From contig CAVXPZ010000004.1 in assembly GCA_963763775.1 (NCBI GenBank), positions 192,001 to 256,000 of the forward strand: DNA of 64,000 nucleotides. Reading direction: 5' to 3'. Both the position numbers and the translations under genes were made by a program. How positions within the stretch are numbered: the first letter of the stretch is position 1; every line of letters begins with the position of its first letter. Shown here piece by piece: positions 49,177-58,732 of this stretch. This stretch comes from an uncultured Chloroflexia bacterium. Its GTDB lineage: Bacteria > Chloroflexota > Limnocylindria > Limnocylindrales > CSP1-4. Below the pieces are notes generated by a model. It saw only the letters and a list, made by a program, of their open reading frames with translations. It was not told the DNA's origin and did no database searches.

Positions 49177-51111
49177 CTACACCCCTGCGGCGAGCGCGGA
49201 CAGGTCGTACAAGGCGCCGTTGCCGACGCCCTCGACGAGCGTGCCGTTCGCGGTGACCCACGACGAGACGTCCGACGAGCCGCCCCGGCCGCCGGGACCG
49301 CCGCGCCCGCCGAGGAGCACGTATCGGAGCTGGCCGCTCGCGACGTCGGCTTGCAGCTGGGCCAGGGTCGGTGCCGGGTCGCTCCCCGAGAACCCGCCCA
49401 TCGCCATCACCGGCAGCCCGGTCGCGAGCTCGATCGAGCCCGCCTCATCCGCACCGCTCACCGCGACGATCCACGTCGCGCCACCCTGGTTGGCGACGAG
49501 GTAAGAGGTCAGCGCATCGTCGACGGTGGTCCCGCCACCCGGCCCGCCGCCCGCGAACGTGCCCCCGCCACCGGGCCCGCCGAAGCCGGAGCCGGCGACC
49601 GCCGGTCCCGCCGAGGGATCGCCGCCGCCGAGGGCCGTGCCCATCGTGTCGATCGCATACGCCGCGGGACCGGCGAGCAGCACCGCGACGCCGAGGACAC
49701 CAGCCGCGGCAGCCGTCCGTGGTGAGGCATGCCGGGCCGGCACCGCGAGCACGATCGCGACGATGCCGCCGACCACGAGGATGGCGACGCCGAGACCGGG
49801 CGCGAAGTCCGGCGTGCGTGCCAGGAGCTCGAAGGCCCAGGCGGCCGACCCGAGGACGACTGCACCGAGGGCGATCCCGCCCCACACCGACCGGGCGCGG
49901 ATCCGCCAGAGCTCGACCAGTCCGGCGCCGACGAGGGCGCCGATGGCCGGGGCCATCACGACCGTGTAGTAGGAGTGGATGATCCCGGACATGAAGCTGA
50001 AGACCACGACGTGCGTGGCCAGCCAGCCGCCCCACAACAGGTAGCCGGCCCGACGGAGGTCGGTCCGGGGGGCGCGGCGCGACACCCACAGTCCGAGTCC
50101 CGTCGCTCCGGCGGCGAGCGGCAGGAGCCAGCTCACCTGGCCGCCGAGCTGCGCGTTGAAGAGTCTCAGCAGGCCGGGCACGCCGGAGAACCCGCCTCCC
50201 CCGCCAGGACCGCCGCCACCCGGGCCGCCGCCGGCGCCACCGCCCTGGCCGAAGATGCGCCCGAGCCCGTCGTAGCCGAGCAGCAGGTCGACGACGGAGT
50301 TGGTCTGGCTGCCACCGATGAACGGCCGGGCGCTGGCCGGAAGCAGTTCCACGACCGCGACCCACCAACCACTCGCGAGGATGACCGTCACCAACGCGAC
50401 GGCGAGTCCGGCCACGCGGCGGCGCAGCGAGACCGGGGCCGCCACGAGCCAGACGAGCGCAAAGGTCGGCAGCACCAGGTACGCCTGCAGGTACTTGGTG
50501 AGGAAGGCCGCGCCGACGAGGGTCGCGGCCAGCACGACCCAGCGGAGCCGGCCGGCATCGAGGGAGCGGAGCAACGCGTAAGCGGCCACGACCAGGAGCA
50601 GGGTGAGCAGGGCGTCGGGGTTGTCGTATCGGAAGATCAGCACCGCGGCCGGCGTGAGCGCGCACACGAGACCGGCGATGATCGCGGCCACCGAGCCGAA
50701 CGACCGGCGGACCGCGGCCATCAGCACCGCGACCGTCGCGACACCGGCGAGCGCCTCCGGCAGGAGGATGCTCCACGAGGACAGGCCGAACAGCCGGACC
50801 GACAGCCCGATGAGCATCGTGCCGAACGGCGGCTTGTCGACGGTGATGAAGTTCGCGGCGTCGATCGAACCGAAGAACCACGCGGACCAGCTCTGCGCCC
50901 CCGAGAGCGCCGCCGCCGAGTAGTACGTGTTCGCGTACCCGCTGACCGTCAGGTTGACGATGTACAGCACCGCGGCCAACGCGATGACCCCGAGCGTGGC
51001 GGGAAGGACCCACGCCGCGTCGTCGGCGCGGACACCCGTCAGCCGGGCGAGGACGGCCCGGGGCCGCCGGTCGGCGACACCCCGGATGTCTGGCCGGGTG
51101 ATGGCGGTCAT
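49177..51111 (-). CDS. Polytopic GT-C glycosyltransferase (GT39/ArnT-like, YkcB-like)
   Basis: 644 aa: ANTYYSAA, NFITVDKPP, DNPDALL, Gly-rich loops, VMAMGGFSGSDPAPT. Confidence 0.9.
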   Translation of the reverse strand: MTAITRPDIRGVADRRPRAVLARLTGVRADDAAWVLPATLGVIALAAVLYIVNLTVSGYANTYYSAAALSGAQSWSAWFFGSIDAANFITVDKPPFGTMLIGLSVRLFGLSSWSILLPEALAGVATVAVLMAAVRRSFGSVAAIIAGLVCALTPAAVLIFRYDNPDALLTLLLVVAAYALLRSLDAGRLRWVVLAATLVGAAFLTKYLQAYLVLPTFALVWLVAAPVSLRRRVAGLAVALVTVILASGWWVAVVELLPASARPFIGGSQTNSVVDLLLGYDGLGRIFGQGGGAGGGPGGGGPGGGGGFSGVPGLLRLFNAQLGGQVSWLLPLAAGATGLGLWVSRRAPRTDLRRAGYLLWGGWLATHVVVFSFMSGIIHSYYTVVMAPAIGALVGAGLVELWRIRARSVWGGIALGAVVLGSAAWAFELLARTPDFAPGLGVAILVVGGIVAIVLAVPARHASPRTAAAAGVLGVAVLLAGPAAYAIDTMGTALGGGDPSAGPAVAGSGFGGPGGGGTFAGGGPGGGTTVDDALTSYLVANQGGATWIVAVSGADEAGSIELATGLPVMAMGGFSGSDPAPTLAQLQADVASGQLRYVLLGGRGGPGGRGGSSDVSSWVTANGTLVEGVGNGALYDLSALAAGV

Positions 51112-51132
51112 CGGTGGCTCCGATCGGTCGAG

Positions 51133-51598
51133 TCAAGGGACGAGGCGGCAGCCGAGCCGCCGACGCGCGCGGTCCGCCGATCCAGGTCCGGAGCAGGAGG
51201 AACCGGACGACCGTCGCCGCGATGTTGGCCGTGACGAGGACGGCGATCTCGGTGGTCCGTCCCGCGGCCGGGGCCACCAGGCCAAGGAGGACGACCGAAC
51301 CGGACGTGATCCCGAGCGCGACGGCGAAGGCCACGAGTCCCGCGAGCTGGTCGCGCACGACCGTGTCGCGGTCGCGGATCCCGAAGGTCAGGCGCCGATT
51401 CGCCGCGGTGTTGCCGACGGCGGTGACGAGCAACGCCACCCCGTTCGACGCAAGCGGCGACGCGACCGTCCGCAGCAGGGCGTAGAGGATGACGTACGCG
51501 ATCGTGCTGACGACGCCGATGGCGGCGAATCGGATCAGCTGGCCGACCAGCGGCGACGTTCGAAGCCTGTCGGAACGGCCCGAGGCGAGGATCTGCAT
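51133..51598 (-). CDS. GtrA family flippase-like protein (stop reached only with one indel)
   Basis: QLIRFAAIGVVST...NTAANRRLTF...RFLLLRTW, four TM helices. The ORF-track frame runs on into antisense-like junk. Confidence 0.8.
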
Positions 51599-51789
51599 GA
51601 CCCCGAGGCTGCGGCCGGAGTCTGAGCCGAACATGAGAGTCGAAACGGGCGTTGGCGGGTTGCGCCCGGGGGGTGGCGACCGTACGATGCGGTCACCCCG
51701 AGCCGACCACGTACGGGGCTCGTCCACGTTCCACTTCGGTGGCTGGATGCATGAGCCCGCGATGAGCGACCGGGAGCGGAGGTACTCGC

Positions 51790-52950
51790 ATGGCCACCGT
51801 GACGTTCGACAACGTCAACAAGATCTACGGCGACTTCCACGCCGTGAAGGATCTGAACCTCGAGATCGGGGATGGCGAGTTCATGGTCCTGGTCGGCCCG
51901 TCGGGCTGCGGCAAGACCACCAGCCTGCGGATGATCGCCGGGCTCGAGGAGATCTCGTCGGGTGAACTCCGCATCGGCGACCGCGTCGTCAACGACGTCC
52001 CGCCGAAGGATCGCGACATCGCGATGGTCTTCCAGAGCTATGCGCTGTACCCGCACATGTCGGTCCGCGAGAACCTCGCGTTCGGCCTGAAGCTGCGCAA
52101 GGTCCCCAAGCCGGAGATCGAGCGCCGGGTCAAGGAGGCCGCGGAGACCATCCAGCTCGAGAAGCTGCTCGACCGCAAGCCCAAGGAGCTCTCCGGCGGC
52201 CAGCGGCAGCGCGTCGCGCTCGGCCGGGCCATCGTCCGGGAGCCCGCGGTCTTCCTCATGGACGAGCCGCTCTCGAACCTCGATGCCAAGCTGCGCGTCC
52301 AGACGCGCGCCGAGATCGCCCGGCTGCACCAGCGTCTCGGGACCACGATGGTCTACGTCACGCACGACCAGATCGAAGCCATGACGATGGGCACGCGCAT
52401 CGCGGTCATGAGCGAGGGGATCCTCCAGCAGGTCGGGGCGCCGCAGGTGCTGTACGACACACCGATCAACCGCTTCGTCGCCGGCTTCATCGGGAGCCCG
52501 TCGATGAACTTCGTCGAGGTCAAGCTCGACGGCTCCGGGCAGGGCGCGAGCCTCGTCGGCCCGGCCGACTGGCGGATCCCGCTGCCGGACCGCTATCGCG
52601 AGGCCGCCGGCCCAACGACCGGCAAGGTGCACGTCGTCGGGTTCCGGCCGGAGCACCTCGACATCGGCGAGGCCGGTCCCGGCCAGGGCTCGTTCCGGGC
52701 TCGCGCCGACGTCGTCGAGTACCTCGGCAACGAGGAGCTCCTGCACCTGAGCGCCGCCGACGCGGACATCGTGGCGATCGTCAGCTCCGAGCACCACGTC
52801 CGCACCGGCGACATCGTGAACATGGTCGTGCCGCTCGACAAGCTCCACGTCTTCGACGCGGAGACCGGCCACTCGATCGCGCCGGACCTCGCGCCCCTCG
52901 CGGCGGCCATCCCCGCCACGCCGGCGCCGGCGGCGGCGGCCGTCAGCTGA
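51790..52950 (+). CDS. Sugar ABC transporter ATP-binding protein (MsiK/MsmX/UgpC type)
   Basis: 386 aa: GPSGCGKTT, LSGGQRQRVALGRA, DEPLSNLDAKLR, TOBE domain. Confidence 0.95.
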   Translation: MATVTFDNVNKIYGDFHAVKDLNLEIGDGEFMVLVGPSGCGKTTSLRMIAGLEEISSGELRIGDRVVNDVPPKDRDIAMVFQSYALYPHMSVRENLAFGLKLRKVPKPEIERRVKEAAETIQLEKLLDRKPKELSGGQRQRVALGRAIVREPAVFLMDEPLSNLDAKLRVQTRAEIARLHQRLGTTMVYVTHDQIEAMTMGTRIAVMSEGILQQVGAPQVLYDTPINRFVAGFIGSPSMNFVEVKLDGSGQGASLVGPADWRIPLPDRYREAAGPTTGKVHVVGFRPEHLDIGEAGPGQGSFRARADVVEYLGNEELLHLSAADADIVAIVSSEHHVRTGDIVNMVVPLDKLHVFDAETGHSIAPDLAPLAAAIPATPAPAAAAVS

Positions 52951-52979
52951 ACGACGAGGCGGATCCGTCCGCTTCAGCC

Positions 52980-53008
52980 TCGGCCCCGGAGGACACCTCC
53001 GGGGCCGA
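52980..53008 (+). terminator. 13-bp stem-loop after the ATPase gene
   Basis: TCGGCCCCGGAGG-ACA-CCTCCGGGGCCGA. Confidence 0.6.
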
Positions 53009-53024
53009 TCTCATCGAACGCGTC

Positions 53025-53570
53025 GTGGATTCCCGGGTCATCCACGAGGGGCGCTACCTGACCTTCCGGGTCGATACCGTCGAGCGCGCCGACGGGTCGC
53101 GCTCGACCCGCGATGTCGCCGGCCACCCGGGCGCGGTCGCGATCGTGGCGGTCGACGACGAGGACCGCGTGCTCCTTGTCCGGCAGTTCCGGCTGCCCGC
53201 CGGGGGCGTGCTGCTCGAGATCCCCGCCGGGACGCTGGACCGCGATCCTGATGGGGCCATCGAGGACCCGTTCGTGGCGGCCCAGCGCGAGCTAGAGGAA
53301 GAGACCGGGATGCGGGCCGGCACGTGGGAGAGCGTCGGGTCGTGGTACTCCGCGCCGGGCTTCACCGAGGAGCGGATGCACCTGTTCTTCGCGAGGGACC
53401 TCGAGCCGGCCGGCGAGGATCGGCTCACGCCCGATCACGACGAGTTCCTGCTCCTCGACCGCCGGCCCTGGCGCGACGCCGTCGCCGCCGTGGAGCGCGG
53501 CGAGATCGTCGACGCCAAGTCGATCGTCGGCCTCTTCTGGCTCGCCCGTCGACGCGAGGCGGCCGGCTGA
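53025..53570 (+). CDS. NUDIX hydrolase (ADP-ribose pyrophosphatase NudF-like); start may be upstream (CTG 52947)
   Basis: HPGAVAI, LLVRQFR, LEIPAG...AQRELEEETG, SAPGFTEE, DAKSI. Confidence 0.92.
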   Translation: MDSRVIHEGRYLTFRVDTVERADGSRSTRDVAGHPGAVAIVAVDDEDRVLLVRQFRLPAGGVLLEIPAGTLDRDPDGAIEDPFVAAQRELEEETGMRAGTWESVGSWYSAPGFTEERMHLFFARDLEPAGEDRLTPDHDEFLLLDRRPWRDAVAAVERGEIVDAKSIVGLFWLARRREAAG

Positions 53571-54481
53571 TGCCGACGTTGGCCGCCGTCGTCCGCCCCG
53601 CCCGCGCGAGCGACGAGGCGGGCCTGCGTGACGTCATGGAGGCGAGTCTGGCGACCGACGCGATCCCGGGGTTCCTCCGCTCGGATATCGAGCGCGCCCT
53701 GGTCCGCATCGTCCCCGATCCCGCGGGCACCGTGGTCGCCGTGGAGGACGGGCGCGTCGTCGGCTACTGCACGCCGCACCACGACGACCTGACCGTGCAT
53801 CCGGCGTTCCGCCGACGCGGGCACGCTCGACGACTCGTCCCGGCCGCGATCGAGCTCGTCCGTGAACGCGGCCACGATGAGCTCCAGCTCTACGTGCCCT
53901 CGCACCTGCCGGCGTCGCAGGCCTTCGCGGCAGCACTCGGGTTCCGGTACCGCTCGAGCCTCTGGCAGTTCCGCCTTCGCGACGGTCATATGGTGTCCGA
54001 GCCCCACTTCCCGCCCGAGGTCGTGACGCGACCGTTCGATCCGACACTCGATGGCGATATCGACGCCTGGGTCGCGTTCATGCTCGCGGCCTTCGACGGG
54101 CACCCGACGCCGATGACGTGGACGCCCGCGGTCATCGCGCATGTCAACGCGTCCAGCGACTTCGACCCCACGGCCATCCTGCTGGTCGCCCCCGCCGACG
54201 ACCCCACACGACCCGTCGGATTCGCGCGGATCGAGACGGCGCTGGATGAAGCCGGCGCCGTCGTCGGCGACGTCGGGCTGATCGGGGTGCTGCCGGCCTG
54301 GCGCGGACGCGGGCTGGGCCGCGAATTGCTGCGGTGGAGCGTGTCCGACCTGCGGCGGCGCGGTGCCAAGACGATCGAGCTGTCGGTCGAGGCCGCCAAC
54401 GAGCGCGCGACGACCCTGTATCGGGCCCACGGCTTCGAACCGGCGATCGAGTGGCCGCACTGGGTGCTGCCGGCTCGCTGA
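53570..54481 (+). CDS. Tandem GNAT acetyltransferase (MshD-like architecture)
   Basis: 303 aa with two acetyl-CoA motifs: VHPAFRRRGHA and VLPAWRGRGLG...NERATTLYRAHGF. Confidence 0.88.
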   Translation: MPTLAAVVRPARASDEAGLRDVMEASLATDAIPGFLRSDIERALVRIVPDPAGTVVAVEDGRVVGYCTPHHDDLTVHPAFRRRGHARRLVPAAIELVRERGHDELQLYVPSHLPASQAFAAALGFRYRSSLWQFRLRDGHMVSEPHFPPEVVTRPFDPTLDGDIDAWVAFMLAAFDGHPTPMTWTPAVIAHVNASSDFDPTAILLVAPADDPTRPVGFARIETALDEAGAVVGDVGLIGVLPAWRGRGLGRELLRWSVSDLRRRGAKTIELSVEAANERATTLYRAHGFEPAIEWPHWVLPAR

Positions 54482-54545
54482 GCCAGGCCGGCGAGGGCGT
54501 CGACCCGGGCGGCGGCGAGGGCCACCGAGCGCATTCCCGGCCGAT

Positions 54546-54697
54546 ATGCACCAGGTGCGTGGTATCCGAGCCGACAGGCCCCACACCCATCGATCGGCAC
54601 CGGTTTGACGATCCTGGCTGCACGGTTTCGCATCAAGGTTGCGGTCCTTGGCGACCGGGAGATCGACCGGATGGCGCGTAACAGTCACCAGGTGACT
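54546..54697. repeat. Degenerate palindromic element related to 47324-47489
   Basis: Perfect AGTCACC-A-GGTGACT at 54683-54697. The minus strand AGTCAC-N5-GACTGTTACGC matches AGTCAC-N5-GACTGCTACGC of the 47.4-kb element. A weaker GCACCAGGTGC arm is at about 54548. Confidence 0.45.
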
Positions 54698-54763
54698 CAA
54701 GGCCGGGGCGACGCTTCGCGACCCCGGCGGCGCCGTTGGGCCAGGCCCCGCGCCGCGGATCCC

Positions 54764-55171
54764 TCAGGACCCGAGGCGAGCCAGCGCGTCCCGGTACAGC
54801 GTCGTCCCGGGGCTGAGCGCCACCGCCAGCCGCAAGTGCGTGCCCGCCTCGGCACGCCGGCCGAGGCGCTTCAGGCTCTGCCCCAGCGCGAAGTGCGCGT
54901 AGTGCGCGGACGGGTCGAGTTCGAGCACCCGCTCGAAGATCGCTCGGGCCATCTCCGGCTGGTTCGAGTTGAAGTAGGCCCGCCCGAGCGCCTCGAGGAT
55001 CGACGCCTTCCCCGGCTCGAGCCGGTCCGCTCGCTCCAGGACGATCGCCGCCTGGGCGTGATGCCGGCCCGCGAGCAGCTCGTGGCCACGCTGGAACAGG
55101 TCGTAGGCGGTCTCGGACTCCGGCTCCTCGCCCGGCTGGCGGGCGGTGGGAGCGTCGCGCTCGTCGTCCAT
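54764..55171 (-). CDS. Tetratricopeptide repeat protein
   Basis: 135 aa: ETAYDLFQRG...EALGRAYF...YAHFALGQSL. Confidence 0.88.
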   Translation of the reverse strand: MDDERDAPTARQPGEEPESETAYDLFQRGHELLAGRHHAQAAIVLERADRLEPGKASILEALGRAYFNSNQPEMARAIFERVLELDPSAHYAHFALGQSLKRLGRRAEAGTHLRLAVALSPGTTLYRDALARLGS

Positions 55172-55260
55172 GTGGTCGATGGTCGCACGGAAGCCCGGAT
55201 CACGGCCAAGCGTGCCGGTTCGCGCCGACCTCACGTCGATGATCGCGCTCGACGGCAGTC

Positions 55261-55389
55261 GTGGCGACGCTCACCTTCGGACCCGTCCTATGGCTCGTGG
55301 GTGTGGGGCTCGTCGTGGCCCTCCTCGCCTGGATGGCGTCGCTCGCCCTCGCGTTCGCGGCGTCAGCCCCGCAGGTGGCGTGGGCGTGA
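55261..55389 (+). CDS. Putative small single-pass membrane protein (42 aa)
   Basis: GTG...TGA encodes VATLTFGPVLWLVGVGLVVALLAWMASLALAFAASAPQVAWA. Below the ORF-track cutoff and no clear RBS. Confidence 0.4.
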   Translation: MATLTFGPVLWLVGVGLVVALLAWMASLALAFAASAPQVAWA

Positions 55390-55458
55390 CGGACGGCGAA
55401 CTGGTGATCGCCGCGGATCACCGGGCGGCGACCCGCGCACCGTGGATCGGAGCCGCGG

Positions 55459-56487
55459 CTACGGCTCTCGGTACGCCCCGAGGTCCACGGGGCGCAGGCG
55501 CGGCGAATCGGTCAGCCCGGGGATGCGCCCACGCTTGGCGATGGGGCGGCCGTCGATCTCCTTGATGTCGCCCGTGAAGTCGATCGGCGTCGCCCCGCTG
55601 ATGTACGACCCGACCGCATACGAGTCGACCGGCGCACCGGCCTCCTTGAAGTACCCGATCCGATCGGGCGTGAGGCCCCCGGACACCACGACCTTCACGT
55701 GGTGGAACCCGGCCTGGTCGAGCCGCGCCCGCACCTCATGGACCAGGTCGGCCGTGACGCGGCCGCGCTCGGACGGGGTGTCGAGTCGGACGCCGTACAG
55801 CCGGTCGCCGAGGGCGTGGGCGACGCGGAGCGCCTCCTCGGCCTCGTCCTTGAACGTGTCCACGAGCACGATCCGGGGCACTTCGGGGCCGATATGCCGG
55901 TCGAACGCGAGCGCCGCCTCGACGGTGTCGCCGAAGATCAGCACCAGCGAGTGCGGCATCGTGCCCGTCGGCGCCAGCCCGGCGAGCCGCGCCCCCGCGG
56001 GCGTGGACGCGCCGACGCAGCCGCCGATGATGGCGGCGTAGTCGAGCACGTCGGTGATGTCAGGATGGATGTGCCGGGCACCGAAGCTGATGACCGGGTC
56101 CGGAGCCGCGGCTCGCACGCAATCGCGGGCGGCGGTCGCCCACCCGGTGGACTGCGCCAGCATCCCGAGGACCGCGGTCTCGTACAGCCCGAACCGGCGA
56201 TACCGAGCCCGGATCCGCAGCACGACCTCCTTCGGCGAGATCGCGTCGCCGTCGTCGAGCGACTCGAGGCACGTCTCGTCGAGGTCGGCCGTCGCGAGCA
56301 CGTGGCCGAGGAGGTTCTTCGCCTCGTCGATGCCGCACAGGACGGCGTCCTCGCGCGCGAAGACCTCCATCGTCACGAGCGGGTCGAGCCCCTCGGACTC
56401 GAGGATCGTGTCCGCGCGGGCGAAGTACACGTCCGCGGAATCACCGGACAGGATCTCGTGCGACGGTCGTGCTCGCTGCATCCCCAT
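55459..56487 (-). CDS. pncB: Nicotinate phosphoribosyltransferase (short type)
   Basis: ADVYF, SFGARHIHP, GTMPHSL, LVDTF, VRLDTP, VSGGL, DFTGDIKE, AKRG. Confidence 0.88.
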   Translation of the reverse strand: MGMQRARPSHEILSGDSADVYFARADTILESEGLDPLVTMEVFAREDAVLCGIDEAKNLLGHVLATADLDETCLESLDDGDAISPKEVVLRIRARYRRFGLYETAVLGMLAQSTGWATAARDCVRAAAPDPVISFGARHIHPDITDVLDYAAIIGGCVGASTPAGARLAGLAPTGTMPHSLVLIFGDTVEAALAFDRHIGPEVPRIVLVDTFKDEAEEALRVAHALGDRLYGVRLDTPSERGRVTADLVHEVRARLDQAGFHHVKVVVSGGLTPDRIGYFKEAGAPVDSYAVGSYISGATPIDFTGDIKEIDGRPIAKRGRIPGLTDSPRLRPVDLGAYREP

Positions 56488-56617
56488 CAGGCCGGGTGGG
56501 CTCCTTGCTCTGGATGAGATCGCCACGACCCCGGGCGCCGGGGCGGAGGTGCCGCGGAGTGTATCGCACGTCCCCCTCGACGCGGCACCCGGGCGGCCGG
56601 CTGCGGCTCCCGAGCGG

Positions 56618-58732
56618 TCAGTGCTTGATGAGGTGGGCGTGCATCCGGTGGCGACGGCGACGGCGGCGGCCGAACACGAACGCGACGATGAGCAGGCCCG
56701 TCAGCACCACGGCCAGGAGGAGCACCGCGAGGCTCATCGCGCGGCCCTGCCCCACCGCGCCGGCCCCCGTCCAGGCGGCGGCGGCCGAGTCCGCGTCCTG
56801 GGCGACCTTCGCGAGATCGCCGCTGGCGAACGCCTCCCGGGCGCTCGCGAGGTCGGCGTCGGGTGAGACGTCCATCAGCCCGAGCGCTGTGAACGGACCA
56901 TCGCCGGTCGGCCGGCTGGCGACCGCCGCCGTGTAGTGGTCGATGGCCTGGAGCTCGGCGGTCGCCTCGGCCGTCGCGCCCGCGAGCCCGGCATCGCCCT
57001 CGAAGGCCGCCTGCATCGCGGAAGGCGGCGTCAGCCCCGCGTCGGTCGCGGCCTGCTCGACGGCGGATCGCTGGTCGAGCACGGTCCCGACCTGGTCGAG
57101 GAGGGCCGTGGCGTCGTCGAAGCGCCAGGCTCGCATCGCGTCGCGGATCGCGCGGGGCAGCTGCCAGTCGCCGGCCTCCGCGACCACGGCGTCGTACCGC
57201 GTGCGCGCCGCGGCACGGGCGTCGAGCAGCGGCAGGTCGGTGTCGCGCGCGACCCACGTCCGCCAGAGGTCGTCGTAGTCGGCGCTCGTCCGCGCCTCGA
57301 GGAGATCGAGGAACCCTCGCCAGTCCGGTGGTCCGTCGACCAGCTCGGGCGCCGCGTTCCCGGTGCTCGCCGCATTCCCCGCGCCCGTCCCGGTCCCCGC
57401 CGTCGCACCGGTCCCCGCGCTCGCACCGGCCCTGGTCGCCGGCGTCCCGCCGGCCGGCGGCTGATACGCCCCGATGCGTCCCGCGGCGTCGGCCCAGACC
57501 GCCTGCAGCCCGTCGTCCCCGGCTCGCTTGGCGATGGCCCGAGCGAGGGCCAGCGTTGCCGCGTAGGCGTAGTCCTCGGTGGCGGCCGACTCCCGACCGA
57601 CCGCTCCCCACGCGTTGAGGGGGATCTTCGACTTCTCGAGCTTGGGCGTCATCACATCGCCGGTCGCCTTGACCTTGAGCGCCTTGGCCGCCTCGAGGCC
57701 GTAGTACGAGGCGAAGGCCTCGTTCGCCCAGCGGTCGGCGAGGAGCGCCCCGTTGAACCAGCTGTGCGCCGACTCGTGGAGGACGACGAAGTCGTTGGCG
57801 TAGTAGGCGATCTCGACGAGCCCCTTGGCGGGATCGAAGAGCCCGGCGTAGCCCCCGGTCGACCGACTCACCGCTTCCTGGACGACGAGCGGCTCGGTGC
57901 GCGGCCACGGCAGCCCGATGGCGGTGCTCAGCGCCGGCAGCCCGCGGGCCACGAGGTCGCCGACCTTCTTGCGCCAGGCCTTGTCCTCCGGCCAGGAGCG
58001 GACGGTCAACGCGACGGGGGTCCCGGCGATGACCGGCTTGACGGTCGTGGTGGCGTACGCCCCGGGGCGGTCGCCCACGAGGAACGCGTAGAACGACAGC
58101 GGCTGGGCGAGGCGCCCGGTCCGGAACACCGTGCGGCTCTTCGCATCGGTGCTCGGCGCCGGGATCCGGCCGCCTTCGACGTCGACCCGATAGCCCGCCG
58201 GGAACGTGACCGTGACGCTGCCGCCCGGCGTGGCGTCGCTGGCGAACGCCCAGACGGGGAACGACACGAGCGAGTCCCCGATGCGGATGTTCCGCGTGGG
58301 CTTGCCGCCTGGATCCGCGATGTCGAACCGGAGCGTGACCTTGGCCGACTGCCCGCCGTACAGGCGTTTCGCGAGGCCGAGCCGCAGGATCGTGTAGTCC
58401 TTCGTGCGCTTCGACGCGCGGACGCTCGGCGACCCGCTCCCGGCCCAGGTCAGGTGGTACGCCGACGACTGTGGCATCACCGCGAGGAAGCCGTGGTCGA
58501 AGTAGTAGCGGGTGGTCTTGGTGTCCTTGAGGTGATTCGCGAGCGTGAGGTCGACCGTGACCCGGACGCGGTGCTGGGCGGGTTGGACCACGTACCGGGC
58601 GTCGCCGGTGATGGTCAGGTCCGGCGTGGCCGCGCGGACCTCCGCCGTCGACCCGGGTGCGGCGAGCAGCCCGACCGCCGCGACGATCGCGAGCAGGAGC
58701 GACAGCATGCGCGTCGAACCCGGGCGCCTCAT
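56618..58732 (-). CDS. Secreted, C-terminally anchored gluzincin/M1-like zinc metallopeptidase domain protein
   Basis: 704 aa: signal peptide, VLHESAHSWF...WANEAFASYY, C-terminal TM helix plus RRRRRR. Confidence 0.75.
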   Translation of the reverse strand: MRRPGSTRMLSLLLAIVAAVGLLAAPGSTAEVRAATPDLTITGDARYVVQPAQHRVRVTVDLTLANHLKDTKTTRYYFDHGFLAVMPQSSAYHLTWAGSGSPSVRASKRTKDYTILRLGLAKRLYGGQSAKVTLRFDIADPGGKPTRNIRIGDSLVSFPVWAFASDATPGGSVTVTFPAGYRVDVEGGRIPAPSTDAKSRTVFRTGRLAQPLSFYAFLVGDRPGAYATTTVKPVIAGTPVALTVRSWPEDKAWRKKVGDLVARGLPALSTAIGLPWPRTEPLVVQEAVSRSTGGYAGLFDPAKGLVEIAYYANDFVVLHESAHSWFNGALLADRWANEAFASYYGLEAAKALKVKATGDVMTPKLEKSKIPLNAWGAVGRESAATEDYAYAATLALARAIAKRAGDDGLQAVWADAAGRIGAYQPPAGGTPATRAGASAGTGATAGTGTGAGNAASTGNAAPELVDGPPDWRGFLDLLEARTSADYDDLWRTWVARDTDLPLLDARAAARTRYDAVVAEAGDWQLPRAIRDAMRAWRFDDATALLDQVGTVLDQRSAVEQAATDAGLTPPSAMQAAFEGDAGLAGATAEATAELQAIDHYTAAVASRPTGDGPFTALGLMDVSPDADLASAREAFASGDLAKVAQDADSAAAAWTGAGAVGQGRAMSLAVLLLAVVLTGLLIVAFVFGRRRRRRHRMHAHLIKH

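Noticed and set aside
54683-54697. matS or parS site
   Set aside because: The arm order is GTCAC-N3-GTGAC, the reverse of matS (GTGAC-N3-GTCAC), and it does not match the parS consensus.
55200-55421. 73-aa minus-strand ORF from the track
   Set aside because: No motifs; it is antisense to a more protein-like hydrophobic ORF on the plus strand.
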